64,000 nucleotides of DNA from an uncultured Chroococcidiopsis sp. (lineage in GTDB: Bacteria > Cyanobacteriota > Cyanobacteriia > Cyanobacteriales > Chroococcidiopsidaceae): contig CAXTYC010000015.1 in NCBI GenBank assembly GCA_964248365.1, forward strand, positions 58,290-122,289. Direction: 5' to 3'. Made by a program: the position numbers and the translations under genes. The notes below the pieces were generated by a model, which searched no databases, was not told where the DNA came from, and saw nothing but the letters and a program-made list of their open reading frames with translations. Shown here piece by piece: positions 1 through 10,291 of this stretch (its first letter is position 1; each line of letters opens with the position of its first letter).

Positions 1-700
1 GCAAAATGAAAACTGCTTGCAAAGAGCCATTACGCTGGAAAAATTCAATAAAAGGTAATGTGACAGCATCATATAAACTAGCAGGAGGGCGATCGCGTCC
101 TATTGGCTCAGGAGCGAATATACTACTTACCAAGCCCACAAGCATCAATAACGACATCAACAAGTAAACAGCTTGCCAGGGCATAAAACCTGCCAAAAAC
201 AGAGTTAAAGAACTCGTAATCAAAACAGCAATACGATAGCCCAGAAGGAACATTGACGCTCCTGCACCTCGTTCTGGTTCCTCTAATACATCAGTGCGGT
301 AGGCATCAACCGAAATATCTTGACTTGCACTTAAAAAAGCAACTATTATAGCACTAATTCCCAACAATTGCAAACCCTGCTCTGGTTTTTGTAAAGCCAT
401 CGCAGCGATCGCCACGAGCAAAGCTCCTTGTGTCAAAACCAGCCAACCCCGCCGCCGCCCCAAAAACGGCGGTACATATCGATCCAGTAAAGGAGACCAC
501 AAGAATTTTAACGAATAGGGCAACGCCACCAGACTAAAAGCACCAATCGCAGTCAAACTAACCCCTTCTTTCGTCAACCAAGCCTGGATAGGTGTCTTAC
601 TAGTTAGATAAAACGGCAAACCTGACGAAAAACCCAAAAACAACAAAGCCGCCATTTTGCGACTTTGAAAAACGTGCAGCAGCGATTTAACTGTTCTCAC
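1..700 (-). CDS. ampG: AmpG-family muropeptide MFS transporter (3' part outside window)
   Basis: Not in ORF track. Read manually from GTG at 700: MRTVKSLLHVFQSRKMAALLFLGFSSGLP...LKFLWSPLLDRY...GRRRGW...SASQDISVDAYR, which are AmpG signature motifs. Confidence 0.88.
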   Translation of the reverse strand, partial: MRTVKSLLHVFQSRKMAALLFLGFSSGLPFYLTSKTPIQAWLTKEGVSLTAIGAFSLVALPYSLKFLWSPLLDRYVPPFLGRRRGWLVLTQGALLVAIAAMALQKPEQGLQLLGISAIIVAFLSASQDISVDAYRTDVLEEPERGAGASMFLLGYRIAVLITSSLTLFLAGFMPWQAVYLLMSLLMLVGLVSSIFAPEPIGRDRPPASLYDAVTLPFIEFFQRNGSLQAVFIL

Positions 701-801
701 CCTTCAAAAACTCCAACGTGCATCACTCCTGTTCTCACTCAAAAGCTGCTCCGAAAAACTCACCCCCAGCTTGGCAAATAATTTCGGGTATCTTTCTCGC
801 A

Positions 802-2337
802 CTAACTTGTTATACTCTCTTCGCAACTCTCCCCTTCCTCTCTCTGCGTCCTCTGCGCCTTTGCGGTTCGTTTTAAAGATATCACTCGCTCCCCCCTAAT
901 CTCCACCTGACGCTCTTCCAACCATTTTTGCCAACCATCACGAGTACCAATCGAACGAGAATTTTTCAGCAAGCCTAACTTCTCTTCGAGGCGAGTCAGA
1001 TTAGCAAATCGCTCATACAAAGGATAGCTAGGAGTAACAAAAGTTTCCTTGCGGTGCAAAATGGGCGGATTAGCTGTATTCTCGTAATTGCGATAAGTTA
1101 CCGTCAAATCGCGCAAGTTAACTTGCATACTAGTATGCAAAGCTGGATGGGGATCGGTATCGAATTCGGGGTAAAACAGATACGATATTTTAGGTTTATT
1201 GGTATAAAACTTAACTAAAGTAGCCAATTCTAATCGCCCAATTGCGCGGCTAGCACAGCCTTCGTATATTCGCAGGAGGGGATCGAGTGAGGCGATCGCG
1301 CTCACATGAACGTACAAAGCAGTAGGTAAGTGCTTACCAATCTTACTCTTGAGGCAGCTTTTAGCAACCACACCAGGCTTACCCAAACTAAAAAGCATTT
1401 TGTCAGCTACTTCACAAGCTTCTTGATAATCACCAAAAAAGGCTTTGATGTCGTGGCGAATTTCTGGTGCTAACTGCAACGGTGTAGGGCGTTGACCCAA
1501 AGAGCTAAGAGCTAGATATACTAATATATCAAGTGAGTGACGATAGGCGATCGCATCCCAATCAGCTTCATCTGTGGCTTGCAAAATCACTTTAAAGGCA
1601 CGGCGAAGGCTACCAAATTCGCTCACCAGTTGTGGTTCATCTGGCAACTCACCTTTGACAGGTAATCTTCCCCGTTCAGTCACAAAAGCCATCAGCGGTG
1701 CTAGCTGTTCTTGATAGTCCTCAAAGCGTTTACTGGGAATACGCACTCTAGGTGTTGTAGTTCCAGAGCGAAAGCGCAAAGCGCGAAAACTTTCTCGCTC
1801 TTGCTCAGAGCGAAAGACAAAATAGATGCCTAGTGCCACTGGCACTGCATCTACATTTAACACTTCATCAATGTAATTTTTCAGTTCTTCTTGGTCGTAA
1901 TATTTTTGGAACGTGTTACGGCGAGTAATGATGCCGTCTGCGTAAGCTATTTGATTGCTACTGCGGTCATTAATCAGTACTTGGGCAGAGACAATTAAAA
2001 CTTTGCGGGTAAGTTCCCAAGCATTTATTAAGGCTTGACGGCGCTCATCTAAATCTTCAATCACGTTGAGGACGTAGCCCAGATTAACTATGTCAGATGG
2101 TATGCGTGGGGCTTGGGGACGGTAATACGGGTCCCAACCAGCGCAGGTGTAGTTTAGCTTAGCTATTCGTTCAAGATCGCCACCATGACCACATCCATAA
2201 TCAAAAAATGTGGTATCGTTATTTAAGATTGCCGATTCTATTGCTAATCGCACAGGACGAGAAAGTTCAGGGCGAAACATAGCGGCTCGATGGCGTTCGA
2301 TCTCTAGTGGTTCTGATTGGTAGCTAGACTCGACCAT
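802..2337 (-). CDS. DNA phosphorothioation-associated putative SAM-dependent methyltransferase
   Basis: FFDYGCGHGGD SAM motif; VNLGYVLNVIE, TFQKYY and PPILHRKETF motifs; overlaps the dndE stop. Start set at ATG 2337 (track: 2352). Confidence 0.85.
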   Translation of the reverse strand: MVESSYQSEPLEIERHRAAMFRPELSRPVRLAIESAILNNDTTFFDYGCGHGGDLERIAKLNYTCAGWDPYYRPQAPRIPSDIVNLGYVLNVIEDLDERRQALINAWELTRKVLIVSAQVLINDRSSNQIAYADGIITRRNTFQKYYDQEELKNYIDEVLNVDAVPVALGIYFVFRSEQERESFRALRFRSGTTTPRVRIPSKRFEDYQEQLAPLMAFVTERGRLPVKGELPDEPQLVSEFGSLRRAFKVILQATDEADWDAIAYRHSLDILVYLALSSLGQRPTPLQLAPEIRHDIKAFFGDYQEACEVADKMLFSLGKPGVVAKSCLKSKIGKHLPTALYVHVSAIASLDPLLRIYEGCASRAIGRLELATLVKFYTNKPKISYLFYPEFDTDPHPALHTSMQVNLRDLTVTYRNYENTANPPILHRKETFVTPSYPLYERFANLTRLEEKLGLLKNSRSIGTRDGWQKWLEERQVEIRGERVISLKRTAKAQRTQREEGESCEESITS

Positions 2338-2722
2338 GAGAGTGTAAAGCAATTGCGATTAAGTCTTCGATTTTTTTGATGTTAGGATCGCCCGCCAAAT
2401 AGCCAATACCGCGATGCAGGTGCAGGCGAAATTGCATGGCGAGGGTTTCCTTGTCAGTGCCTAAGTTGTCATTGTAGCAGCGTTGTTTGAGGGCAAGTAG
2501 AAGGATATCTGACATTTCTCCCCCAAAGACACGCCAAGTCATCTCGACGTTGCTATCTGTTGGAATTGGCACGGGTGAGGGTATAGTTGGTTCTGCCAGG
2601 GAACGACAGAACGCCCAGCGACACAATATGTTCCATTGGTCGATTTTCGTGCTGCGTTTGAGTTTGGTAAGTTGATCTTTGGCTGTTTGGGAAAGGCGAA
2701 TTCTTTCAATAGGTGATTCCAT
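2324..2722 (-). CDS. dndE: DNA sulfur modification protein DndE
   Basis: IRLSQTAKDQLTKLKRSTKIDQWNILCRWAFCRSL...FRLHLHRGIGYL; follows dndD. Start at ATG 2722; the longer track start runs through a heptamer repeat. Confidence 0.92.
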   Translation of the reverse strand: MESPIERIRLSQTAKDQLTKLKRSTKIDQWNILCRWAFCRSLAEPTIPSPVPIPTDSNVEMTWRVFGGEMSDILLLALKQRCYNDNLGTDKETLAMQFRLHLHRGIGYLAGDPNIKKIEDLIAIALHSHGRV

Positions 2723-2774
2723 AATATTGGTAGTTGGTAGTTGGTAATTGGTATAACTCATTACCCATTACCCA

Positions 2775-4781
2775 TTACCAAAAATATCCAGGTTGTATGG
2801 TTGTTTGACGGTTGGATGAGTCGTATTTTAGAAGATATTCGCGGGCGATCGCTTCGTTTGAGCGTAGTTTTTTGACTTCGTTTTCTCCTATTTCGGTGTC
2901 CGTAGAAAGTAGGATTACTTGATGGCTGGCGGATGGGAAATATCTTTCAACTAGGTTTTGGCGGTGGGAGGAGTCAAGCCGACCTAGTGGAGTATCAATT
3001 GCTACTGGTAATCTTCTTCCTGAGACACGGGCTAATCCCCAGAGAAAGGCGATCGCCAGGAGTTGTTTTTCTCCTGCTGAGAGGCGATGTTTGGGTACTG
3101 GTTTCGAGTGCAAGTCGTAGAGGGAAAGGCTGAAGGTATGGGTGTCAATGGCGACACGATGCACTAAGTCAGATTTGTGCAGCAGGTAGCGGAAGCATTC
3201 GGTTACTTCCAACTCTAGTTTATTCAGTTTTCTGAGTGTTAATCGTTCTCGGAAAAGTTTGAGTGTTTCTTGAACTTTAGCAGAGGCGGTGATAATATGC
3301 TCGTTATTTTTGCGAGCAATGTTTTTTTCTGTATATTGTTCTAAGTCTTTTTTTGTTTTGTTAATATTAGCGGTTAATTCATCTAAACGGCGTTTTGCTG
3401 TTTCGTAGTTAGCCTTAGCTTCAACAACTTCGGTTTGTGCTTGTTCAAGCACGTCTACTAGCTTTTGATAAGCTTCTGGTGATGCAGCAGTAAGTACTTG
3501 TCTTTCAATTGTTATAATTTCTTCTTCCTTATTTTTGAGCAAGTTTATTTTTTCTTGGGCAGCATCTTTGACAGAGCGCAAGTAGTAATTTAGAATATTA
3601 GATAGTTGATTTAAAGTTTCAGTATCAGGTAATAACCAGAAATTTTCAGTTTCGGTTGTTTCTTGCTCAAGCACTTGATTTTCTTGATTGAGAAAATATT
3701 TGATTTTGTCAATCTGTTCATCTGATATAGCTAATTGACTAATCCAATTGATTAGGCGTTGATCTCGCTCAAGTAATATATCTCGTGCTATATGTGCTTG
3801 TTGACGGCGAAATTCTTGTTCTGCTTGAGATAGAGTTTTAGTAAGTAGTGGTTCAATTAACGCCAGAGGTAAAATATCAGCGGCTAATTCACACATAGCC
3901 ATCCGCGCTTGTTCTGCTTGGGCAGTTATTTCCCATTGCTGTTTTTCTAGGGTGGGGCGATCGCCTGCAATTTTACCACCTTCTGAAACGAATTTATCAA
4001 ATGCGAGTTGCTGCTGTTTTTCTGCTATTTCTAACTTCTTTTGTAAAGTCTCTAAATTTCGCGTTTCTACATTGTATTCTTCTTGTTGATGTTTCAGCTT
4101 TTGTTCGATTTCCTCTAAGTTCGCCAACTCTTGTGTATCAGCAAGCGCTTTTCGTTTACGGTTGACTAAAATTTCTAAATCAACTGCCAAACGTTCAGCC
4201 AGTTCTAGCCCTAACAGTCCGCGAATTGCATCTACTACAACTGGTGGCGGTACTTCTGCTTGAGCGAGTTCTTTAACTTGTTCACCATCAAAGAGAAACA
4301 AGTTAGAAATTCCTACTGGCAGTAAATTTTCAATATACTCATCCCAGATATTAGCTAAGGCTGATTCGATCCATTCCGTACTACCCAAAATGCCTAAGCT
4401 GTCTTTACCATCTTTAGGGTTTTTTTCCCAAGTTCGTACAATGCGGTATTGTACAGGCTTATCGTTTTCAATGTGTTCAAAAACCAATTCAATTCGAGTT
4501 TTACCTGCTGGTGGAGTATGGCTATTAACGCATTGGGTAAGAAAGTCACTATAACTCAAGTTGCCCCTCGTAGAACATTCGGCACGATGTCCATAAAGAG
4601 CAAGGCGAATAGCATCCAAAAGTGTTGTTTTTCCTCCACCATTCATCCCACCTAATAGGATGATTGGGCGAGAATTTTTATTATCGTTCTCAGGATCAGC
4701 CTGGGAATGGGGAGAGAGATTGATGACTTGTCGCCCACAGTAGGGACCAAAGTTTTGTAGTACAAGTTCGAGAAATATCAC
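2775..4781 (-). CDS. dndD: DNA sulfur modification protein DndD (SMC-like ABC ATPase)
   Basis: Walker A GMNGGGKTT, FLFDGEQ, long coiled coil, LSAGEKQ signature, IDTPLGRLDS; between dndC and dndE. Confidence 0.93.
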   Translation of the reverse strand: MIFLELVLQNFGPYCGRQVINLSPHSQADPENDNKNSRPIILLGGMNGGGKTTLLDAIRLALYGHRAECSTRGNLSYSDFLTQCVNSHTPPAGKTRIELVFEHIENDKPVQYRIVRTWEKNPKDGKDSLGILGSTEWIESALANIWDEYIENLLPVGISNLFLFDGEQVKELAQAEVPPPVVVDAIRGLLGLELAERLAVDLEILVNRKRKALADTQELANLEEIEQKLKHQQEEYNVETRNLETLQKKLEIAEKQQQLAFDKFVSEGGKIAGDRPTLEKQQWEITAQAEQARMAMCELAADILPLALIEPLLTKTLSQAEQEFRRQQAHIARDILLERDQRLINWISQLAISDEQIDKIKYFLNQENQVLEQETTETENFWLLPDTETLNQLSNILNYYLRSVKDAAQEKINLLKNKEEEIITIERQVLTAASPEAYQKLVDVLEQAQTEVVEAKANYETAKRRLDELTANINKTKKDLEQYTEKNIARKNNEHIITASAKVQETLKLFRERLTLRKLNKLELEVTECFRYLLHKSDLVHRVAIDTHTFSLSLYDLHSKPVPKHRLSAGEKQLLAIAFLWGLARVSGRRLPVAIDTPLGRLDSSHRQNLVERYFPSASHQVILLSTDTEIGENEVKKLRSNEAIAREYLLKYDSSNRQTTIQPGYFW

Positions 4782-4862
4782 AGTGAGTAGTGGGTAGAGA
4801 AGTAGAGAAGTAGAGACGTAGAGAAGTAAAGAAGTAGCAATGCTACGTCTCTACTTCTCTAC

Positions 4863-6467
4863 TCACTCTTTTACTTGAAACTTTATACTTGCCCAACTTT
4901 GAGGTTTTTCAGGTTCGACATTATTTTCAGTAACAACATCCCCCAAAGTTAGCTGCTTTACTTTTTCAATATCACCTTGGGTAACTGCTGCTTTCAAATC
5001 GCGTTTAAAATGAGCATTCTTAATTGCTTCTGCTTGAGAACGGGAACTGGTGGCAAAACATTTCTCTAAAGTGTCGTATATTCCCACGCGACGAGCCATC
5101 TTGCGATACTGACGTTCTGTGTCCAATAGCTTTGCCATGAGTTCTAAATGCATAGCATCACCCTCACAGATTTCTTCTAGCACAGCCCATTCATCGCTAC
5201 CTAATAGACTATAGCCAGCATCAGGACGCGGATCTATAAAAGGTACGCCCGTGACTTCTTGATAGATTCGAGGTAAACTATCATCAAATTCGTGTTTTTC
5301 TTCTAACCAAATACGCCGTATTTCGCTCATTTCTTCTAGGGTAATTAGGGTGATGTCGCACATATTTTCTGGTGCTGTGCGACGGATTTTTGTCTGTGCT
5401 TCTAAGACTCGTCTTAACCAATGTTCTCGCCAATATTTGGTATATGGACCAGGAATGGGTTCAACAGAAATGTCGCCATCTAAATTGCGTTCAAATAGTT
5501 GGACTTCACCCCAGATTCTTCGGAAGTCTCTCTTGTCGCGATCGTTTTCAATATCTAATTCATTGCGAATATCGAGTAGAGGTTGCATCCATTCTTTATC
5601 CTCGTCATTCTGGATCATTGCCTCCATTGATTTATCCTTACTCACCATTGTGCAAACCCAGCAGCCAAAGCGAGAATCACCACAACTGGGAGTAGAAGTA
5701 TCGACAACTAAGGGACATTCGTTATCTGCTGTTGCACCTCGGTACATAGTGAATAAGTCTTTGTTGCTGTGTCCCCAAGGGTTTTGCCACTGCATGAGGT
5801 AAAGCCAAACTTCATCTGTTAGCCAGTCTTCTATGGGAAGGTAAATCAGTGAGTTAGGTCGGTTGGGATTAGTATTGATGCGATCGCGTACTCGCCACTC
5901 CCGATGCTTAGCCATATTAGCAGCGCGATTGGCACTTTCAGCTTTGCGTGTACCTAGCACAAGAATTACTTCACCACTAGAGCGAATTACTGCACGGATG
6001 AAGCTGTCAGAAGGTTGAATCTTCAATCGTTCAGTACACCATCTAAATCTGTTACGAGGTGCTGGGTAGCCTTTGCCAATTAAGCTTACCCAAAAGGTGT
6101 CTTTAATTGCGGGATAAAGCAAATGGGGTTCAACTGGCATCCCTTGCTCTTGCGCCGCTAGTTTCATCTGTTTGAGTGAATTGCTTACCCAAGCCGAGAC
6201 GATTGGATTTTCTACCAGCGTATCTGTTGTAATGACATGAATAGTCTTGGTTCGCTTGGAAGGTGGGAGTGAAGCGATCGCGTTCCAGACTAGCTGTAGA
6301 GTAGCACTAGAATCTTTTCCACCGCTATAACCTAAACACCAGGGTATTTCGTCTAAGCAGTATAACTCTTGAATTTCCTGTGTGAGAGATTGGATATTTT
6401 CCACCAAATCTGCTACAGTACGCGCTTGCTGCTGATTTTGATTTTCTGGCTGTTGTGCTGTAGGCAT
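4863..6467 (-). CDS. dndC: DNA phosphorothioation sulfurtransferase DndC (PAPS-reductase-like)
   Basis: YSGGKDS PP-loop, RWCTERLKI, ECPLVVD..TPSCGDSRFGCWVCT Fe-S cysteines. Confidence 0.95.
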   Translation of the reverse strand: MPTAQQPENQNQQQARTVADLVENIQSLTQEIQELYCLDEIPWCLGYSGGKDSSATLQLVWNAIASLPPSKRTKTIHVITTDTLVENPIVSAWVSNSLKQMKLAAQEQGMPVEPHLLYPAIKDTFWVSLIGKGYPAPRNRFRWCTERLKIQPSDSFIRAVIRSSGEVILVLGTRKAESANRAANMAKHREWRVRDRINTNPNRPNSLIYLPIEDWLTDEVWLYLMQWQNPWGHSNKDLFTMYRGATADNECPLVVDTSTPSCGDSRFGCWVCTMVSKDKSMEAMIQNDEDKEWMQPLLDIRNELDIENDRDKRDFRRIWGEVQLFERNLDGDISVEPIPGPYTKYWREHWLRRVLEAQTKIRRTAPENMCDITLITLEEMSEIRRIWLEEKHEFDDSLPRIYQEVTGVPFIDPRPDAGYSLLGSDEWAVLEEICEGDAMHLELMAKLLDTERQYRKMARRVGIYDTLEKCFATSSRSQAEAIKNAHFKRDLKAAVTQGDIEKVKQLTLGDVVTENNVEPEKPQSWASIKFQVKE

Positions 6468-6783
6468 TTCTCTCTACCTTTGGAAATACAGGCGATCGTT
6501 GCTTGATATTTTGCAATAGCCTTGGCGATATTCGTAATCGCGTCTATACAAACTCTTTCCGCCTGCGCGGACTTCATAGAACTCGCCAATGCGGGTTTTA
6601 TCTGTGTAGCCGCAATTACTAATCATCGGGTTTTGAGGCAAGACCTAATTTACCCTTTCTAGATTTACTGCAAAGGCAACCCTAGTATTGTAAACTTTAA
6701 AGGTTTTTTAAAAACCTGAGTCATACAACTAAATTTTTCAGAGAATTAAGCTGTCTTACACCATTTAGTTTTTAAAACTCAAA

Positions 6784-8382
6784 ATGAATCACAGTGCAGC
6801 CGATCCAATCGCTGATATCGCTAGTGAGTACCTGGAACGGGAATTGAGAGATCAAAAGCTACTCACTTTACTGCTGGATAAGTACCTGCAAAAAAAGGAT
6901 CGAATTCTGGTTCAGAAAACAGAGATGGGTGGAACCCAGGCTTATGTAGGGTCAGTTAGTTTGGAATGGTTTGCAGGAAGAGTTCACTTTGCGTCTTGTT
7001 TACCTCTGCTTCAGCAAAAATATAATCCAATGACGGATAATATTGAAATTGACGCGGATAGTATTGATGAAATTCAGCAGCGTCCTCTTGATTGGTCGCG
7101 TCAAGTACCTTTAGCTCATTATCTGGTAGCGAGGACAAACCACAAGTTTCCGCCAGTGCTAGTAGTGATTAATCAACCTTGGGTGGATAATCCCAAAGCT
7201 ACCCAGTGGGATAGTGAAGGACGCGCGATTAAATCTACTACTGATTTCTCCCCACTGGATCAAGACGGTAAGGTCGGTCTACTCAATATTTCTGAGGAGG
7301 ATGTCACCATTTATGCACTGGATGGTCAACACCGACTGATGGGGGTGCAGGGGTTAATGGAGTTGCTCAAAACTCGCAAACTTCAGCGATATAAGAAAGA
7401 TAAATCACCTGATGATTCTTTCATTACAGTGAGTGATTTGATCGAGCAGTACCAAGTAGATCTAGCTTACCTACAAAGTTTACCGAAAGAAAAAATTGGA
7501 ATTGAGTTTATTGCAGCTGTTGCTGCTGGTGAAACCCGCATCGAGGCAAGGCGACGTGTGAGATCGATCTTTGTTCATGTCAATTTGATGGCTGCACCCT
7601 TAACTAAAGGTCAGTTGGCACAGTTGGATGAGGATGATGGTTTTTCGATTGTGGCGAGAAAAATTGCTGTGTCTCATCCGCTTTTGGAACAGCGAGGCGA
7701 TCGCAAACCTCGCGTCAATTGGAATAGTGCGACAGTTGCGGCAAAATCAACGGTTTTGACTACGCTGCAAGCTCTTAAAGATATGTCTGAGCGATATTTG
7801 CAGCATAAATTTCCTCATTGGAAACCCTTGGACAAAGGTATAGTCCCCATGCGACCAGAGGATGAGGAACTGGAGGAGGGGATTTCGGAATTTCTGAAAC
7901 TCTTTGATTATTTAGCAGATTTGCCTAGTTATAAGATTCTTGAAGACGAGGATACGCCGCCATTGCGACGGTTCAGCTTTGAGAAGGATGGAGGCGAAGG
8001 AAATATGCTTTTCCGTCCTGTTGGTCAAGTAGCACTAGCTCAAGCTTTGGGAATTCTGGTTTATAAAAAAGGATTTTCGCTGGCAGACATTTTTAAGAAG
8101 CTGCGGAAGTTTGACTTAGAGGGCGGATTTAGTAGTATGGAGTACCCGCAATCTCTTTGGTATGGTGTGTTGTATGACCCGAATAAAAAGCGAGTGCAGG
8201 TTGCCCGACGGGATTTAGCAACGAAGTTACTAATTTACATCCTGGGTGGAATTGAAGATCGGATGGAACGGGCAGAACTTCGCAAGGCTTTAGCTGATGC
8301 TAGAACAATTGAAGAACAATCGATTAGCTTTGATGGTAAGTTTGTTGAACCCAAGCAAGTGGGACTTCCACCAGTGCTGTAA
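6784..8382 (+). CDS. DGQHR-domain protein (DndB-related, long form)
   Basis: QQRPLD, ALDGQHRL and SIFVHVN motifs; divergent from dndC. Confidence 0.88.
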   Translation: MNHSAADPIADIASEYLERELRDQKLLTLLLDKYLQKKDRILVQKTEMGGTQAYVGSVSLEWFAGRVHFASCLPLLQQKYNPMTDNIEIDADSIDEIQQRPLDWSRQVPLAHYLVARTNHKFPPVLVVINQPWVDNPKATQWDSEGRAIKSTTDFSPLDQDGKVGLLNISEEDVTIYALDGQHRLMGVQGLMELLKTRKLQRYKKDKSPDDSFITVSDLIEQYQVDLAYLQSLPKEKIGIEFIAAVAAGETRIEARRRVRSIFVHVNLMAAPLTKGQLAQLDEDDGFSIVARKIAVSHPLLEQRGDRKPRVNWNSATVAAKSTVLTTLQALKDMSERYLQHKFPHWKPLDKGIVPMRPEDEELEEGISEFLKLFDYLADLPSYKILEDEDTPPLRRFSFEKDGGEGNMLFRPVGQVALAQALGILVYKKGFSLADIFKKLRKFDLEGGFSSMEYPQSLWYGVLYDPNKKRVQVARRDLATKLLIYILGGIEDRMERAELRKALADARTIEEQSISFDGKFVEPKQVGLPPVL

Positions 8383-8490
8383 TTGGCAGAGTTAGCGAAG
8401 CATTTTGCAGTGTGGTTTTCACCGATGCCACAGGATAACGGCATTGCATATTATGTTGGCTAACCTTTACCAATTTGTATAGATATTTTT

Positions 8491-9684
8491 ATGGTTAAAA
8501 CGAACGAGGATAGTACCAATAACCCCCAGTTAGAAATGAATCAAAGGCTTGATTCCATAATTGAGCCTTACTTCTCAAAGCATCATCGAGAACGGTGCTA
8601 TCCTGGACTTATTTTTCAGCAGGGTAAACGAAAAATGGTGCAAATTAATGTCCCTGCTGGAGACTTACCTGTTCTTCTCCAAGCTAAACCATCCACTGAC
8701 AATAATCCTGATTCTGGAAAAAATCGTCCAGAGGTCAAAGGTCATGCTGATGAAATCAAAAAATATGTTGTTAATCGTGTCCGAAATGGAAAACCTTGGA
8801 TTTTAGGAACACTGACTGCAAATGTATCTCCAGAAAAAATAACAATTATTGAATTAGGTAGAGGTATTTGCTTAATTGTTATTCCTCGTGGAGTTAAGTT
8901 AGATATTACTGATGGTCAGCATCGTAAAACTGCAATTCATGAATTGATTGAAGGTTCACAAAGCGAGTTAATTGGTGATGACGATTTTCCCATTACTCTG
9001 GTTTTAGAGGGTGACTTCCATCAGTGCCAAACTGACTTTAAAGATATGGCTCAAACTAGGCAACTAGATAAATCTTTGCTGCTGTCATTTGGTGAATTTT
9101 ACGGTCGAGTTGGCATTACAAAAAAGTTAATAGAACAAGTGCCAATGTTTCAGGGTAAGACAGAGAAGATTAAATCAACTCCTGCCACTAAACAAAAGTT
9201 AATCTACACAATTAATTACATAGCAAGATTTGTAAGTTGTGTTTTTGCTGATGACCCAATTAATGAACTTCAAAATTTTGAAGTCAACGAAACATCTGAA
9301 GCTTTAGTTAACTGCCTCAATCAGTTTTTCTCAGAATGTCAAAATACACGAGATATTTTTGAGAAAAATGTTGAAGAATTAACTATTGATGAAGTAAGTG
9401 CATTTAAGGAAGAATGCTTACTAGGTATAAGCGTTGGACTGGAAGTTTTGGGAAGATTGCTGTACTGTACTTATGCCCCAGATAGCAATCATTTTAATGA
9501 AGGAAAAGTTTTACAACTAGCGCAGCAGATTGATTGGTCACGAGAAGCCGACCTTTGGAGAGACAACATTGTTAGGCTAGATCCAAAACCTAAAAATCCA
9601 GATAAGCCTTATAAAATAGCTTTTGGCGCAAATGGTATAGCAACAGCAGCCAAAATTGTAAAAATGAAGCTGGGATGGATATAA
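8491..9684 (+). CDS. dndB: DndB-family DGQHR-domain protein
   Basis: NRPE...H, WILGTLTAN, ITDGQHRK and QTDFKDM motifs; within the dnd island. Confidence 0.78.
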   Translation: MVKTNEDSTNNPQLEMNQRLDSIIEPYFSKHHRERCYPGLIFQQGKRKMVQINVPAGDLPVLLQAKPSTDNNPDSGKNRPEVKGHADEIKKYVVNRVRNGKPWILGTLTANVSPEKITIIELGRGICLIVIPRGVKLDITDGQHRKTAIHELIEGSQSELIGDDDFPITLVLEGDFHQCQTDFKDMAQTRQLDKSLLLSFGEFYGRVGITKKLIEQVPMFQGKTEKIKSTPATKQKLIYTINYIARFVSCVFADDPINELQNFEVNETSEALVNCLNQFFSECQNTRDIFEKNVEELTIDEVSAFKEECLLGISVGLEVLGRLLYCTYAPDSNHFNEGKVLQLAQQIDWSREADLWRDNIVRLDPKPKNPDKPYKIAFGANGIATAAKIVKMKLGWI

Positions 9685-9714
9685 GCTATCAATTGTTATG
9701 TAATAAAATTTGAT

Positions 9715-10188
9715 TCAAGATAGGAATTTGCTTAGGTCAAATTCCTCCTCGTGTTCTTCTTGCTGTACTCGTTCAGAACTAAGAATTAATAGAAGACGTT
9801 CTGAATAGTCTACCGCACCCCGAAATTCTACTTGTAATATTTCAAGTCCACCATTTGCATATTCTTCAAAAATATAATTACGTTTTTCATAACTCTTTTC
9901 TTCTAGCAAAGATAGAATTTTTATATCTTTAGTTTCATTAATCGCTAGTAAATTTATTACGGTATCATATCCCCTAACAATAAATTGTTCTTGGGGAATT
10001 GGAGAAGGTTCTCTTTTGGAGATTTCCCCTAAAGGTACTCTCTTATTATGCTTTGCACCCAAAGCAGCAGCAAACACAATTACATCAGCATAAGTTTGAA
10101 AAGGACCTGTTGCACCATCTGCTGATGTTAAAGCCTTGACTAATTCAGCCTTATCTTTAGCTACTCTAATTCTGCCTGTTTCTACCAT
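9715..10188 (-). CDS. DNA phosphorothioation-associated protein 4 (PbeD-like)
   Basis: GPFQTYADVIVFAAALG...FEEYANGGLEIL motifs typical of this family; downstream of the SMC-like ATPase. Confidence 0.85.
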   Translation of the reverse strand: MVETGRIRVAKDKAELVKALTSADGATGPFQTYADVIVFAAALGAKHNKRVPLGEISKREPSPIPQEQFIVRGYDTVINLLAINETKDIKILSLLEEKSYEKRNYIFEEYANGGLEILQVEFRGAVDYSERLLLILSSERVQQEEHEEEFDLSKFLS

Positions 10189-10291
10189 AATTTCGAGATC
10201 TAGTTCCTAGCAATCTTAACTGAAAGAATAAAACGATCGCACTAGGTTCCCTTCTGTGTGTGGTTCGTTCAAAAACGCGATCGCACCGTAC

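Noticed and set aside
4790..4860. (GTAGAGAA)n tract as a CRISPR array
   Set aside because: Short tandem units without spacers; no cas genes in the window.
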